A stretch of DNA of 64,000 nucleotides from contig CM082577.2 of NCBI GenBank assembly GCA_040954595.2, positions 16,437,903 to 16,501,902 on the forward strand, in the 5' to 3' direction. The notes under the pieces are model-generated. The model ran no database searches. It was given only the letters and a program-made list of their open reading frames with translations, and was not told the origin of the DNA. Origin of the DNA: Balanoglossus misakiensis (lineage: Eukaryota; Animalia; Hemichordata). Positions 1 to 14,424 of this stretch are shown piece by piece. Within the stretch, counting starts at the first letter, position 1. Each line of letters opens with the position of its first letter. A program made the position numbers and the translations under genes.

Positions 1-938
1 ATTCTGGTGCCTGAATACAAACAAAAGCCAATTATTATCATCTTCTCTCACACATTAACTCTACATCACTAGGTTACATTAATTGTCTCCTGCGCTTCTG
101 GGAAGATGGCATGCTTTTCCTTGAGAGATTTGAGATATTGGTTTATGTGGTGAAATGAAAATTGAGAAATTAATTGTAAGTGTGTTGTGAATTACAAAGT
201 TGGATAATATCACCCATTCTAGGCAAATTTTCTGATGGTATTTTTTGGTTCTTACTTATCATACAATATACCAAGTATGATCTGATCCGATGTCTTTCCC
301 AGTGATTCCATCACTATAAGTGTCACACAAGCAAGGTAAATTCAGTGTTCCCCCCTTGTAATATCTGAGATAGAATTAGCCAACGTGCACAACAATATAA
401 TGTTTATGATGATGAGCTTTCTCGTGGTTTCCAACAATTAAAGGGCAATAGCTGCAACTTTCCAACATTGCAATAATATTATTTCATAACAGACTTCATA
501 CATAATCTCGCTTACATTTTACTATGTGTCACATGTCAAGTTTGTGTTGCCCAATCATGTGCACACAAAAAGCAAACTTATGACCAACTCTGTCCGTGCA
601 GAGTTCAGAAAGCATGAGTTTTAAAGTCATCAACATGTACAGGTTTACATCTGTGTATTGCATCAGAGAATACAAAAAGATGAGAGTGGACGAGCAAAAT
701 GGATAGAAGGGAAAGTTTTCAATTCTTGGATGAGTTACACGACACACATCTGGGCTGATCACACTTAAGTAAAAGCAGGAAATACATAGTTTCTGTCTCT
801 CTGAGCTGTCAATCAACTCAAATGTCCTGATATGACATTTCAAAGACTCCTATGGGGCGATTCAAAGTGATTTAGGGAGAAACAGATGTACAGTGCATGT
901 TGATACTCTAGTGACCCGTCAATAGAAGGATATCGTAC

Positions 939-3900
939 CTTATCAGCGACAAACATAGCATCACTTTCTTTCATGGGAGGAAAAGTGTAGCCTGTGAAAA
1001 GAAATATAAGCACAGGGATAAACATTGACAGTTATGAACCTGAATTGACGTTACAATACTGAAAGCATCTTTATCTAAAGCTATCTGTCACCTTAAAGAT
1101 TTCATCTCCACACCTTGCTAGAGGTAAACATTTGAAAAGAAGAGTGGACAATAACACTCTGTTTTATTGTAATTTAAATGGGCGTGTATGACATGGTTTA
1201 GTCCTGGTACAAGGCTGTGGCAGTCGCCATCTTGTAGCCTAGCCACGCTTGTTCCACCCAACCAGCCCCCTTGCTGTTTCTTGTTTGTTTCTTCACTGTT
1301 TCTTCTTCAGTATCGATTGTTGTATTTCAGGTTGGCGTATAGTGTATTTGGCTGTTTAGCCTGAAAATTTGTCAATAAAGACAGTTGACCTTTGACCCCA
1401 AAACACAGGAGGGTCTTTTGTGTCATTTGATTGTAGATGAGCTATACATTGAAATTTAAAGAATTCCAATTTCTTACCTTCCATTTTCATGAGATGATAT
1501 GTATCTTGAACTATCTTTAAATTCGGTTCACTGCGGAAAGCGTGGGACCAGGTCTGAATTAATTCCAATATTTTATTTTTGGTTTGTTCACTGCCAGTCT
1601 GGGGGATTGAAACACAGTGTGTTAATTGACTGACTGATCAGCTGACGACTGATTGAAATATGAAATAATTCAGATGAATATTCTACATGTATGGAATGGG
1701 TTCTGTCATTCAATTCAGTAAGACATAAATGTTGAAATAACCACAGCAAAATACAACAACAATAAAATAATTTTTTCTCAAATCTCGTTTTCCATATATA
1801 GCCGCTTCTCTCATTGTATGAATACTAATGAATGGATATACATAGGCATGAAACTAGAATTATTTTTATAGTCAAATGTACAGTTTTAGTCTCTAAGAAG
1901 GCAATTATCTTTCAAAAAATCCTTGACATGTTGCAATTTCTTCACAAGAAGAGAACAGAAAAATCTGCAGCAAAAAGCACAGCCACAATCTACATATCCA
2001 TGGCCACTGTTTAGATACCTTAATTAATTCCCTAAATTCATCCATAAAAGACTTGGTAGCAACTTCTTCGTACACTGATGTACCACAATTTTTTACCACA
2101 GACTCCAGGACCTAGAAAATGTAAGATAATAAATAATCAAAAGTTGATGCACGTACACAGTATAAAGGGTCAACAAAGTATAACCTTTGAACCTGGATCC
2201 CAAGCAGTGTGCCCTCTAACAAACAACATTTTTAAAAGCTTTGCATCAATTTGAGGATTTTTAGACGTTGCTCCCTACACCTTTGCAGTTAGTGTTCATA
2301 ATTATCTTGAGTCACCAGTGAGTTTGTTGAGTCGTGCCGCGTCATATGGGCTTAGCGGGCACACTGATCCCAAGAGAAACTTCCAAATGATAATATAGGT
2401 CACCAGGAGGTCAGGGTGCAAAGGGTTAATACAAGGCAACCTAATCTGAGCAACTTGTTACTACTGGCATTAACAAATACTTTCTCAGATACTGACTTTT
2501 CTACATCATACATATAATATATGTACACAGGTTGAGAGAGAAAAAAATATGTTTCCTAGACTAATTCTATTTTCCAATAAATTTGCCACTGGTTCACTGA
2601 AAACTGTTTGGATTGAGAATCCTGAATATACACCAAAATCATCACAACTGCTACAAATAACAGGGCAAAATACTGTGACAGACATCAAAGTGAGCTGGGG
2701 TTCACAGGTGGGTTTTGCTTAGACAGCACTACTTCAGTATCAAAACATTTGAAAAGTTCTTTTGTATCTCAGAGTATTATACATGTTTTTAAGAGTAAGA
2801 ATGCACACATACCTGCAAGGCATAGAGACAAACGTGTGGATTTCGGTCAGACAACTTCCTCCTTATACCAGCAACTGCATACTTGGCTCTACAAAACATA
2901 AAGCAAGTACGTTATAGGGACAAAGTCTCTCTCACGCTGCCCTTTTAATTATGTTTGATATAAGACACTGTTTATGTTAATGTACATGTGGATATATAGT
3001 AAATCAATGTTCGACCACACACACCTTCCACCCACTTGTAGACATGAGAGTGAAACAACTCACCAAAATGAATAATCGGTCTCTACCATTTATTCATTTT
3101 GGGTGAGTTTTTACTCTAATATAATACAAGCAGGATAGAAGTTGTGCTTTCATTCCCTACATACACACATGTACATCAACATAAACAGTGTCTTGTATCA
3201 AACATAATTGATGGGAAAAAGGGCAGCAAGAGAGAGACTTTGTCCTTTTATGGAAGTCTGAACTTTTTAAACATATTTTCAGAGGCATGTGCATATGTGT
3301 AAGAAAGTACCCTTCATCAACATTGGCTATATGGACTTCAAGGTTGCACTTATCAGAGAGGTTTCTACTGCTTACATTTAGATATCCAAGTTCAAACTAC
3401 ACTGTCCATACTTACTTATACACATCACAGAGCAGCAAGTTTTGAATTCAAAAACTCACTTCAAAAACAGCAAACAGAAGCCTCTGGTCGAACACTCTTT
3501 TTCCCCTATTTTGTACACTAGACACTGTATAAATATTCTATACATTTGATCTCTGAGTATGTTTTGTATCCCATTTGCTGTCACCAAATAACACAACCAG
3601 TGAACTTACGTGACATCGCCTTGTCTTATAGTATCGCAAATTTGTAATATAGCATCCCAATCAGGTTCCAGCAATAACTGACTAGTTGCTTTGTCTGAAA
3701 GAATAAACGTTAAAACATTGCAAGAGTAACTCACCAAATATCTCAGACTGCAAATTAAATACTGTAAAACACTTTATTTTCGCGAGTTCAAATTTTCGCG
3801 ATGTCGAGAGAGGCCACTGTTTCGTGAGTATTAATGTTCGCGTTCTCAACTTCTCTTATTTCATTCACTGCATCGTTATCCTCAAAAAAATTACGCGACT

Positions 3901-5235
3901 TTTTATTTTCACGCTATTTTGGCTCTCGCGTATTTCGTGAAAATTTATTGCTCGCGACAATAAAGTGTTTTACAGTATTTTACAAGACCAAAATAAACAA
4001 GTAATCCCCACAAAAAATCTGATCAATGTACATGTATCTATTATTTTAAAGCTGCACAATCTGCGTCTTTGCACAAATTTTCATGATTTAGTTATTGTAT
4101 TAGCTAGGAAGTTGTTATTACATGTACACTTGTAGTACAAGAAAGCTTTGTGTAAATTTGAGTATACGTGTATAAGGTGCACCCTAGGATATGGCCATCA
4201 GTGTAAAATGCCATGCTAAATTTTAGACATTACATTCATTCCTAGTGAAACTGAAATTAATACAAATGAGAAACCTTACCGTTGGTATTAATTAAATGTA
4301 TTAGCACACTGTTAGCTAATCGAAAAATGACTGATGATCTGTACCAGCATGTGATACACACATTTGAACAGCATACGAGTCTTGACAAACAATTACTAAG
4401 AATGCTCAAACAGGATGATGAGTCATGTATTGGTGATGCCGGATCACAGATCAGAATTTTAAAACTCATGTCTCAACAATACCATTGTTCAATCACGTTT
4501 ACATTTGCCAAATTGAAAAGATAAAAGTCGTTACAGAGAAACAAACAGAAACACAAGGTCACTAAGGTTCAAAGGTTGCGGATGTGATCTTGAAGGTTGT
4601 TTTGACCAGATTCATGCTTCACACTCACAGCTGTGTACACGCATCACCTCTTTATCACACAAGACTTAGAGGATGCCCTGATCTGAATCAATAGAAGCGT
4701 CCCAATTTCATGAAGTTATGGGAAAGTTTATGATTGGAAATCTGTGAGTTTGGAACAATCGCCGCGGTTTGAAAGCAAATTGCCGTTCTTGTTGGCAATT
4801 GTGATTTGTTTGATAACAAGTCTGTGGCAGTGGTCTGACGTAAGGTGAAGCTTGATCAAGCTAATGTCGCCACCTGATCAGCTCGCTGGCTCCCAAAAGC
4901 GCACAGTCGCGCGAGCCCCATTTTTTCACATTGACGACGGATATTGGTGGAAAATGAAATTATCTCATCCCCTATCTAACACCATTTCGTTGAGATGGCC
5001 TACATATATCGTGAAATGTCAGATTAAACATTCCAATGACGTCGTGCTGAACGCCGCTGTTGTGCGGAAGAAGTGACCAATGAAACTGCTGGCATTGTAC
5101 AGCAGAATCTAAATTGATTGATAGGGTTAATCTCGAAAAAACAATCAAGAGATCTTACGAAATTCTCAGCTGTATAGTTCCGAAGCAATACTTACCAACT
5201 AGTCTATCAAAATTTCCTTTTGCGCCACTAAACAT
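939..5235 (-). CDS. HGS: Hepatocyte growth factor-regulated tyrosine kinase substrate (Hrs, ESCRT-0), VHS domain. Exons 5196-5235, 3610-3694, 2813-2888, 2019-2111, 1478-1598, 939-991; continues beyond the left edge
   Basis: Six GT-AG exons join in phase to MFSGAKGNFDRLVDKATSQLLLEPDWDAILQICDTIRQGDVTAKYAVAGIRRKLSDRNPHVCLYALQVLESVVKNCGTSV...KILELIQTWSHAFRSEPNLKIVQDTYHLMKMEGYTFPPMKESDAMFVADK, closely matching the known Hrs N-terminus. Confidence 0.95.
2915..3248. mobile_element. Fold-back/MITE-like inverted repeat in an HGS intron
   Basis: Arms GGACAAAGTCTCTCTC..TATGTTTGATATAAGACACTGTTTATGTT and AACATAAACAGTGTCTTGTATCAAACATA..GAGAGAGACTTTGTCC are reverse complements. Confidence 0.7.
3760..3977. 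mobile_element. Tc1/mariner-type MITE (TA-flanked)
   Basis: Terminal inverted repeats TACTGTAAAACACTTTATT ... AATAAAGTGTTTTACAGTA. Confidence 0.8.
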
Positions 5236-5291
5236 ATTCAGCGATTATCTCAGAATTGGAGAAAAATTTCTTCTGTTTCCTCCCCGTGAAA

Positions 5292-5305
5292 TCCAAGATG
5301 GCGAC
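5292..5305. promoter_or_regulatory. YY1-like motif near the HGS start
   Basis: CAAGATGGCG about 60 bp upstream of the HGS ATG; motif match only. Confidence 0.3.
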
Positions 5306-6857
5306 TAAACTACCGGACCCTCTATCTCACAATAAAATTGGAGCATGAACTTAATACAGTAAAAATGTGTCGTCTTTGTCCCGTATGTGACCCTGATTTA
5401 ATTAAACGGTTTATTGAATACGGTAACCTGCTACAAACAAAATACTGTACAATGTTTCACATTTTCTTAAAAAGCTCATTTTCGAGTTTGACGAAATGAA
5501 CGTGTGTATGTTATCCAATAATCTAGAGGGCCCTACACAAAATGACATCACACAGTTAAATATATCAATATTGCACTTTAATTTCGTTAGGGGGCGCTGT
5601 ACACCACTGATAGCCTGCTGCTGCTGTAACCCGGTTTCTTTCCTGGTTCCCATGGGTTGGTTCCGATATCGTTCTTTGTAGGGTATTACAAGTAAAGGTA
5701 CCCGTCAAACAATTCCTCGGGGCATGAATTATCCTGTATATCTAGCATTTTTACTATTATATCCTTTAGAAATTTGAGAACTTCGAATTCTTTCTTAAAA
5801 GACTTGGCTGAACCGTGATCCACATGTAAGCCTACATGACCACCCCACCCAAAATCACCTTTTGTATGCTTTTCAGTTCCGATTCTCTCACATTCTCCAG
5901 AATTTGAGCAATTGAGAATGGTATTTTAAAGATTGTATTGTCAATTTGCTTATTTCAGATTTCTCTCGCCCATTTTTAAGGCGCAAGACCCCAGGCTGAA
6001 TTAGCCAGAAGAAAATAAACTTTGCTGTGCACGGGTAGCGCACGTTCGTCACTTTATTGGGCAACTTGGTTTCCAAATCAAGAATGCAAAATTTTTATTT
6101 TAAGCTTACTAAGCAAAATGACTAATCCATGTTTTTTTATGAGGCAAAATGCACTCATTACTATATGGCTGCATGTAAAATATATTAATTTATTGTCAGT
6201 CTTTAAAGGTCACATGTCATGCTTTGGAAAGTTTTCATATTTCCACGTCAAAAGCTCACCTAGGGTACCTGTCTATGCATTGCCTATTGTGTCGGTTCCG
6301 AAAAATGTGCACGAATGCCGGAATTTGCCACTTTTTTTCATGCCTGTGATCAGGGAGCCACTTCGCACTCGAGCCAGGCGAAGGTATTTGCATATGGACA
6401 AACAAGTACACTATGTCGTAGTGTACCATTCTGTTTACAGTAAAGTGTAATTATCGGTCCATGAGTAATTAAGTCCACAGACAAAGACAAGCTATATAAA
6501 CAGTGTTCAAAGCAAAGGAAGCCCTTGCCTCACATTGCAGGCAGAGGATTTACAAAGGTGTGAAAGACTATTTGTCCACATCAAGATAAGTCTTCAGCTT
6601 AACTTCGAAAAGCCGAAAAAAATCGACTGAGTTGGGTTAGGGGTACACGCCCACCCGCCACTTTTACTTGCTTGTTATCTAAGCACAAGGGGCAAAACGC
6701 ATTGCAAGATAGTAACATACGTTAACTTCAAGACCCAAATAGTGATTTTACGCGTGGTTGTATAGGGCATGGCATGAGACCTTTAATCTCGATAACTCTT
6801 TTCGTGAAGATAGAGCTCCCGAGAATATTACTCATTAGGGTTAATCAGTCGCGTAAC

Positions 6858-7053
<196 letters not shown>

Positions 7054-9546
7054 TCTCTCCACTGTCCATACAACAACGACTCTAACCGTGGTACGGTGTC
7101 GATAACATGAAAGCTGAAAATTAAATAATAATACATGCACAATTTCTTATTTAGGCAGAGTTGTGTTTCAGGAGGAATATTACAACAATAACAACAACTC
7201 GTTCGTCCGTACGCTCGCCAGCTCGCTCACTCACGTCTCTCACCCAGTCGCCCGACCCCCGTTCAGACTTGCTGAATGAATACCAATGAAGGCGTAATTT
7301 AAGGAAAGTGTTTTAAAATTTACATCCCGCTAAATTCTGACCAGAAGCATTTGTCACCATCCAATCAATGTGGCGATATTCAGATCTTAGCCAACCCTGG
7401 TCTCTCACGGGGAGCAAGTCAATAATGCCCTCGCCGTGGCAGAGGTTTTGTAAGAACTAGTACATGGGGTACACTAACTTAGACTCGTCGAATTATATTG
7501 AAAATATTTTTATCGATCTTTTTAAAAGAGATAGACGCAGTGTTATTCGTAATGCTAGAAACTACATTTAGTTGAAAAGAAGACCTGGAAGATGCAAGAG
7601 GCGACCTGAGTAATGCGCAAGAGGGAATTGGCAGACCATGGACGTAAAAAGAGAGGCCGAAGCCCTGTAATTACAATACATTCTTAGAAGCCCCCCCCCC
7701 CCCCCCCCCAGTAACTAACTGGTCATGACGTGGTCTTTTGTGAGAACTGTGAATTGTTATATCTGACAGGGCTTCGGTTAGTAGTGTAGTCGTGCTGATC
7801 ATGAGCTGATCTTCAATGCAGTCTCTATTATATAGAGAGGGACTGTGATATAATATAGACTAAGACTTGATAGCACTCTGAGATCATCAACTGATTTGTG
7901 CTGGAGCATAAGTTTTCGGAGACACGTAGACACATCTACGAAAGCTTCTCAGGGGGCTTTAGTCTATAGGGCTTCAGTTGTAAACAATAGTGGCTTAGTT
8001 GATCGTGAATGGACTTAGGGCTTAGGTCAATAGGCCGAAGCCCTGGCCTGTGTACGTTGGCAGTAAAGTCGCCTGACTGAAACCACACACCAGTGTTACC
8101 ATTGCTGTTCCGTTCAATTCGTCGCACCATCAGCTCAACTCGCCACGCATCTCAATTTGTCGTTTATCAACAATAAACGAACCATGAAAATTAATTCCCA
8201 ACTAACTCTAAAATAAAAAAAAATGTTATTTTTATAAGAACTTTTGTTCGATGTTAACATTGATGAATGTGTGCTGGACGAGGATATAACACTGCAAACT
8301 AGTAAATCTGACAATGTTACCCCTACTCTGGTCAACGGATGCCGTACGATTTCATTCAAATCGTCCTGTGAATCGAAGCAAGTGAGATTAATTTTGATTT
8401 CATCCAAAAAAATTATCTTAAAAGGCGAAGCGAAGACTAAAAATACTGACAAACTTCACGGTCCGAATAGCTGATGTAGCATCGACCATGGACCCACAAC
8501 TTTCATTTATTTGAGTTGACAAGACACCCCTTGGAATACGCAGCTGTGACCCAGATTTTACTTCCATATAGCAATAAGGACGTCGACACGTTTCATGCTA
8601 TTAAAGCTGTCGAAATGATACCAATGTTTTACCAGAGCATAGTGTGAACTTTAACCCTGAACAAACAAAAATTGTTGAAATGAGCTTGTCTCATATGTGT
8701 ACCTTTCCCAAGAAAACACACACCAAAACAATCGTTCAATCAAATAGTTTCTTTATTGTCACATGTTTAAAACAATCAAAATAAGCGCAATTTACGAATT
8801 ATAAATCAAGAGACAGTGTACTTTAAAATTATAATAAAAAGACGAACGGGTTATTTTACCCAATATACCAGGGGAGAATGTCTCTATATAGCCTGCGGTT
8901 AACAATAACATGCTTTGAGAAAGAAACGAAAAAAAAACTCGGCAACTAAATAACCAATATACAGTGGGGCGTGTAAACCCAATTTCTCACATTGATTCAT
9001 AATTTTGAAACTCACGGCTGGAAGTTTCATTTAACTAATTTGCATACTAAAGGTCGCCAAAGGGGAAGCACAATTTTGTACAAAAATGCCTCTATATGTC
9101 CTTGCCTTGTGCTTGTTCCATTGAATAAATTACAGGAGCTACTCCTTAGACATTCATGGTCAAGTAGACAAAGTTATTTCAGAGTGTGTTACATATAAAT
9201 TAGATGATTCCGGGAGCTGTTCACCACTCTGAACTTCAAAACATGAAATGAGCCCCTTCAACACCAGAACTATTACTGAACAAACTAAGTTGTCTCATAT
9301 GAACACGTTTCAATACAAATCAACGTAACAATTTGGACAATGTTCAGTGCATTTAACATTGCAAAACAGCTATAAAAAACAATATATAGTCTATAAATTT
9401 TGCATAAACACGACGCCCTCAACGAGCACTCATTAAAATATTCCCTGGGTGTGTTTGGCGTGAACGCTAACTGAACTTACGAACTACCTATCCACTTCTG
9501 CGTCACGTTTTCATGATTTCATCATTATACGTTTTCACTCAAAACG

Positions 9547-10262
9547 CTATTTAGAGTGGGTCTTCATGTGGCTTTTAAGGCCACCGTTCTGGGTAAAAGC
9601 TCTTCCGCAAATTTCGCAGACATAGGGTCTCTCATTCGTGTGGACTCTCATATGACGTGTCAAAGATCCACATTGTGTGAAAGTCTTCCCACACACTTTG
9701 CAGTCATACGGCCGCTCTTTTGTGTGAAGTCTCATATGACATGACAAAGCTGCAAGTTGTTTAAAGCCCTTCCCACACACTTTGCACACATGTGGCTTCA
9801 CGCGTTCATGAATAATGACGTGAACTTTCAAACCTGACGCACTTTTGAAACTGTTACCACAAACTTCGCACGAAAATGGTTTCTCACTGCTATGGGTCCT
9901 GGCGTGCTCCCGTTGACGGTACAACGTTGCAAAAGCCTTTCCACATTCTCCACAGGTATACGGCTTTTCGTTCGTGTGAATCCTGGTGTGGCGTACCACT
10001 GATGACTTTTCAGTAAACCGTTTCCCACAAATATCGTATTCAAAGGGACTTTCGTTGGTGTGTATTCTAATATGCGCCAGTCTATCGGAATTTGTGGCAA
10101 AGCTCTTACCGCAGATGTCACAGGAGAATGGTTTCGCTTTGGTGTGAATCCTCGTGTGGTCCTTGTAGACTTGACTTCTGGGAGAAATCTTTGCCGCAGA
10201 CATTGAAGGCAAATGGTTTTATACTCTGGTGAGTGATCATGTGACGCTTGAGATTACGATTG
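9547..10262 (-). pseudogene. C2H2 zinc-finger array, 5'-truncated and decayed
   Basis: Six intact CxxC-x12-HxxxH fingers with TxEKP-like linkers and one finger with C>Y (FEYDICGK). Upstream fingers (NRNLKRHMITH..FAFNVCGKDFSQKSSLQ) are in another frame and carry C>F. No credible start codon. Confidence 0.8.
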
Positions 10263-11226
10263 GATAGTAAAAGTTATAGGTTCTAATTGGATACTAATAT
10301 CACTACGTCATATACATGTTTAATAAAAGATGTAGAAACATTTGTCAGCAGATTTTAATCATCCTCCGATTAATCATCACCAAGTGTAATAAACTGTTAA
10401 TTGAGTGTAATAAGATATTAAATGAAAATCATTTACTGGGAAGGTGTGAAGAAGTCGTTTCAATTGTTCGACGTAATACCAAAAGTCAGCTCTAAATCCT
10501 CACGAAACTCAATCCATTAGACCGCTGAAATGTCTCTAACAGAATGTCATCTGGAATATGATTCACAATGTTTTTGTTGGGCGCCGATCCATTTTTTGCC
10601 CAAACAAAGACATGGCGATGAACTTTCTCGAGTTTTCACTCCATCTCTCTCTCACTCGAAACAAATTACTCCACTTAGCACCAGCTAGCTTGAAAAGAGT
10701 CGAAACTACGAGTAGTTCTACAAACACAGTAGACTCAAAACATGCATTCTGTCTGTTATGTTATGATAGTACATCAAGATCAACACTAATTTATGACAAA
10801 ACGACCAAAAAAGTAAGGAAATATCACTACAGTCGAAAATTCCCGCAATTAAAAAAAATGAAATATTGCAATGAAAACGGAATGTCTCAGTGGAGTACAT
10901 TTACTTCTATGTGTTCTTGTGGATGAGATAATGCTTTGTTTATGAAGTTTCATAGTGGGAAGGAATAAAGCATTTTCATTGTATTTTGCCCACGGTTGTG
11001 CCATATTCCTTTGCGACAAAGCTTCATAATTTATCTGATTCAACTTGCATATGCACTCATATTGAAGGTTTATAATACTGGTATATACTTCTGTCAGTGC
11101 ATACATCCTTATGGGCTAACGGTATTATAGCATATTTGAAAACAATTATGATAATTATCCCACAAGTTGCAACTTACGCGCCTTTAATCCCTGAACAAGT
11201 TTGGAGACTGTTCGATGCAAGGAGGA

Positions 11227-14200
11227 CTAAATAGTGACATTCAGGTACTCGGGAACAGTATAGCCAAACAGTTTGAAATCCATTTCAAAAATCTTGTACA
11301 ATTTTTGTGCTTGATCGGTACTTAGGGTGCTGTAATATTCTTTCAACGTGTCTTTCTTTCCACTACTATGTTCGCCAGCCAGAAATGATGGAAAGGGGAT
11401 GTCGGAGCCGATTTCTTTCAGTATGTATCGCGAGTCATCAGTCATAGTTTCTAAGTGACCTATCAAGTCATATTTCATAAGACATGGGTGACATATATGG
11501 TACACAGGCTTAAAGTGCTCGTTCCAGTCCTCGGGCGGTTGCTTCCTCAAAATCATGTACTCGACAAAATCACGGAAACTAATATTAGACTTTTTTGAAA
11601 TACCCGTAACATTTTGGAAGTCATCAAAAATTGTGAGAACCCGTCGCGAACCATCCAACTTAAAATGCTCCATGGGCCGTCCCTGTATTTTGTTTAAATA
11701 ACCTGAAAGGAGTCTAGAAAACGGGTGTCGAACAAATACAATCTTCTTGTACTTTCGCAAAATCTGACTTCTGATCCGATCTGTATATTTGACATTACTA
11801 AGCCTGCCATAATACGTTCTGTAAATAGTCCTATGAATTTGGCGAAATGTTAGATTACTAGTGGTGGAATAATCCCCTGTTAGCAACAAGAGAAGACGAT
11901 CAATATTACTTGAAGCGACTTTAAGAACAGTGCAAATCATCATTTCGTGGGCGTCATCCACAGTGATGAACTTGAAAGAACGCCAATTTATTGATGTGAC
12001 ATTCGAGTGTTGGAGCCCACATCTCTGGTCCAGTAATGATTTTCTCCCCTCAAGTCTTCTCTTTGTGTTCTGTAAATATAGGTTATCCTAGTTATTTTTA
12101 TACATACACATGAGATCGTCGAACCTGTTCCATAGGATTACGTTGGGAATATTGTAAACAGTCAGAGACAAAACTTCTCCATTGTCATGTTGGGAAAGTT
12201 TGCTAATAGCTCAGCTAAACGTTTCTACATATCCTTCAAAGCCCCATTGGTTGTCACTTTTTGCATTATTTTCATTAGGCCAAAATAAAAAATATGTGCT
12301 GTTCCGATTACCCGACCTAACCTAATTTTAACCCGCCGGCACTAAACTTTTTGGAGCTTAGTAAACCCAGAAGTAAAAATAATGATGTCAAATACATGTA
12401 TACAGAATTTTACGAAAATTGCGCGAAATATGACGAAATCGCGCGCATCACGCAAGAACTACGGCGGTCAAAGAAATAAAAAAATTCCACAATAAAAAAA
12501 TTCCCTACCTGTTACGGCCAAAAATAATTAGCTTCAAAGTTCAACTTCAGTCAAGTGTAAGTATTAGGTTTCAGAAGCACATGGGTTTTCAAAGAGCAAG
12601 CATTGTGCTGAAGAGAGAGTGTTAGTTTTTGCTTCAAACACACTCATAAAAAGACGGACCAGTCCATGAATTGTATTGTTTTGATGGGCTAACAGCCAGG
12701 AGGTCACATAATTCCGGTAAGCCTATTTTCGAGCCAAAATATTCTGTAGAAATCGAGTTTTATTCGTGGACTGTGAGTACCACACAAGTTGGCCATTCTC
12801 TCCTGGCAGAGATGACATGTGACAATTTTCAAATCAGTTTATACATCATATTTCATACCGAGATACACAAAGACTTTCCACGGACTCTGATTTAGACAGT
12901 TCATCGAACACAAGTTGCTTTTTGACTTCAGTGATGTATTTTATAGATTTAGAGTTTCTTCAGTTCGAAAGTGCTTTATGCATAATTAATTAGGCTTTGG
13001 AATGCAAATTACTTAAGAAGGGGCTAGCGCATGCCTCTTGCCTCTAGATGGCGCTCTATATGAGAGGCCACGGTTCAAGGTGGTAAACTTGACCTTTGAA
13101 CCCTTGAGTTGCATAACAGTGACAAGTACTTATGTAGTGTATTATTTTATTTTATTTTCAGTCAATCGTCTATCGTCCATACGTCTTTAAGTCTGCCATC
13201 CTTACGTCCTTACGTCTATCATCTTTTGTCGTCGTTTTGTTAGACCTGTCAGTGTTGAATAAACCTTGTGACAAAGAATTTGACACTGGCAGTGATTTGT
13301 TAAAGAGGGACGCATTGCGGAGAGATCTACCCTGACTGTTAACCCCAAGCAGTGCGCAGCAGACTATATAGTTGGCCAAAAAAGGAAGTCTGTTTGTGTG
13401 CCGCTACACTACCTATTTTTGAAAACCATGTAATCGGAACAGCACATATTATGTTTTGGCCTGATTTTAAGTCAGAATGGTCAAAAGGCTATTTCAATTG
13501 GCGTTCTCACGAGTATGCACAAAGTTAACCAATTTATCAACAAGGATTATCAAAATCTCGGCAGAAAATCAATCCCGTTTCGATGCGCAGCCTAGGCTGT
13601 TTAATTATGCCAATAAATAAAACTTGTTTTATGCTTACCGTGGATGTTGTTACCGTTTCCTGGACAAAGGCACCCTCGGTCAGACTTTTACGCTGTTCAA
13701 CTTTAGTGACGTCATCTGTGGTACTGATAGATATGGGCAATGTTGCTGTTTGCTGGACATGTGAAGTCTTGACCTTGTGTTGAATTGTGTTAAATCTAGT
13801 GACGTCTCCTGTGGTACATAAATAAAGTATATCATGAATTGAAAGAGGATACGCAATGCTCGATAATTCAAAATTTATTGCTGCACATGTGCGCGAAGTC
13901 AGTTGCACAACTGCACATGTGTACATGTGCGCAATCATGCGTATGCCCACGTGTGTGTTACATGAGATGACTTTGCCAAAGAAGATGCCGGGATCGCGCG
14001 AGACTTAGTTAATTACCATAGCAACGGGTTGCTAGCCAGGTAATGCGTCTAACTTTGTATGAAACTAGAATAGGTGACGAGTTGAACAAAAAATCTGTGC
14101 CGTTTTACACTTATGGCCATGTGTTGGTTTCCGTATGTCGCATGACCTCCTACATAAATTGCCTCTAGTTACGCGAGATCCCGTAGGTTCTCGTAAAATG

Positions 14201-14424
14201 AGGAAAATGGTCTATTCATTGTTAATATAGTTTACTGAACAAGAATAAATAATGATACAGAATAACTAATGAAAGATAAATAAACACAGGCACACTACAA
14301 CCACCGCACAGGTAGGTTTGGTAGAACAGATACCTGAGTTATAAAAGAGCGTGCATAAGCATGTAGCAAGGACACATCCAACGCAAAGCATGAACACCTT
14401 CAGATCACGTGATGATTGCGCCAT
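11227..14424 (-). CDS. Carbohydrate sulfotransferase (CHST8-14/HNK-1ST family, Sulfotransfer_2), about 367 aa. Exons 14334-14424, 13639-13808, 11227-12069
   Basis: Exon 1 is a type II anchor (MAQSSRDLKVFMLCVGCVLATCLCTLFYNS) and exon 2 a Thr-rich stem. The catalytic exon has the 5'-PSB-like CTVLKVASSN, the 3'-PB FVRHPFSRLLSGYLNK, HICHPC..YDLIGHLET and DFKLFGY. Splice phases agree. Confidence 0.9.
12276..13462. mobile_element. MITE with TIRs, probably containing a nested insert; a related terminus lies at about 20412-20510
   Basis: AGGCCAAAATAAAAAATATGTGCTGTTCCGATTAC ... GTAATCGGAACAGCACATATTATGTTTTGGCCT. Confidence 0.7.

Noticed and set aside
9556-10121. Alternative-frame and antisense ORFs over the zinc-finger array
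   Set aside because: Shadow frames of the real coding sequence
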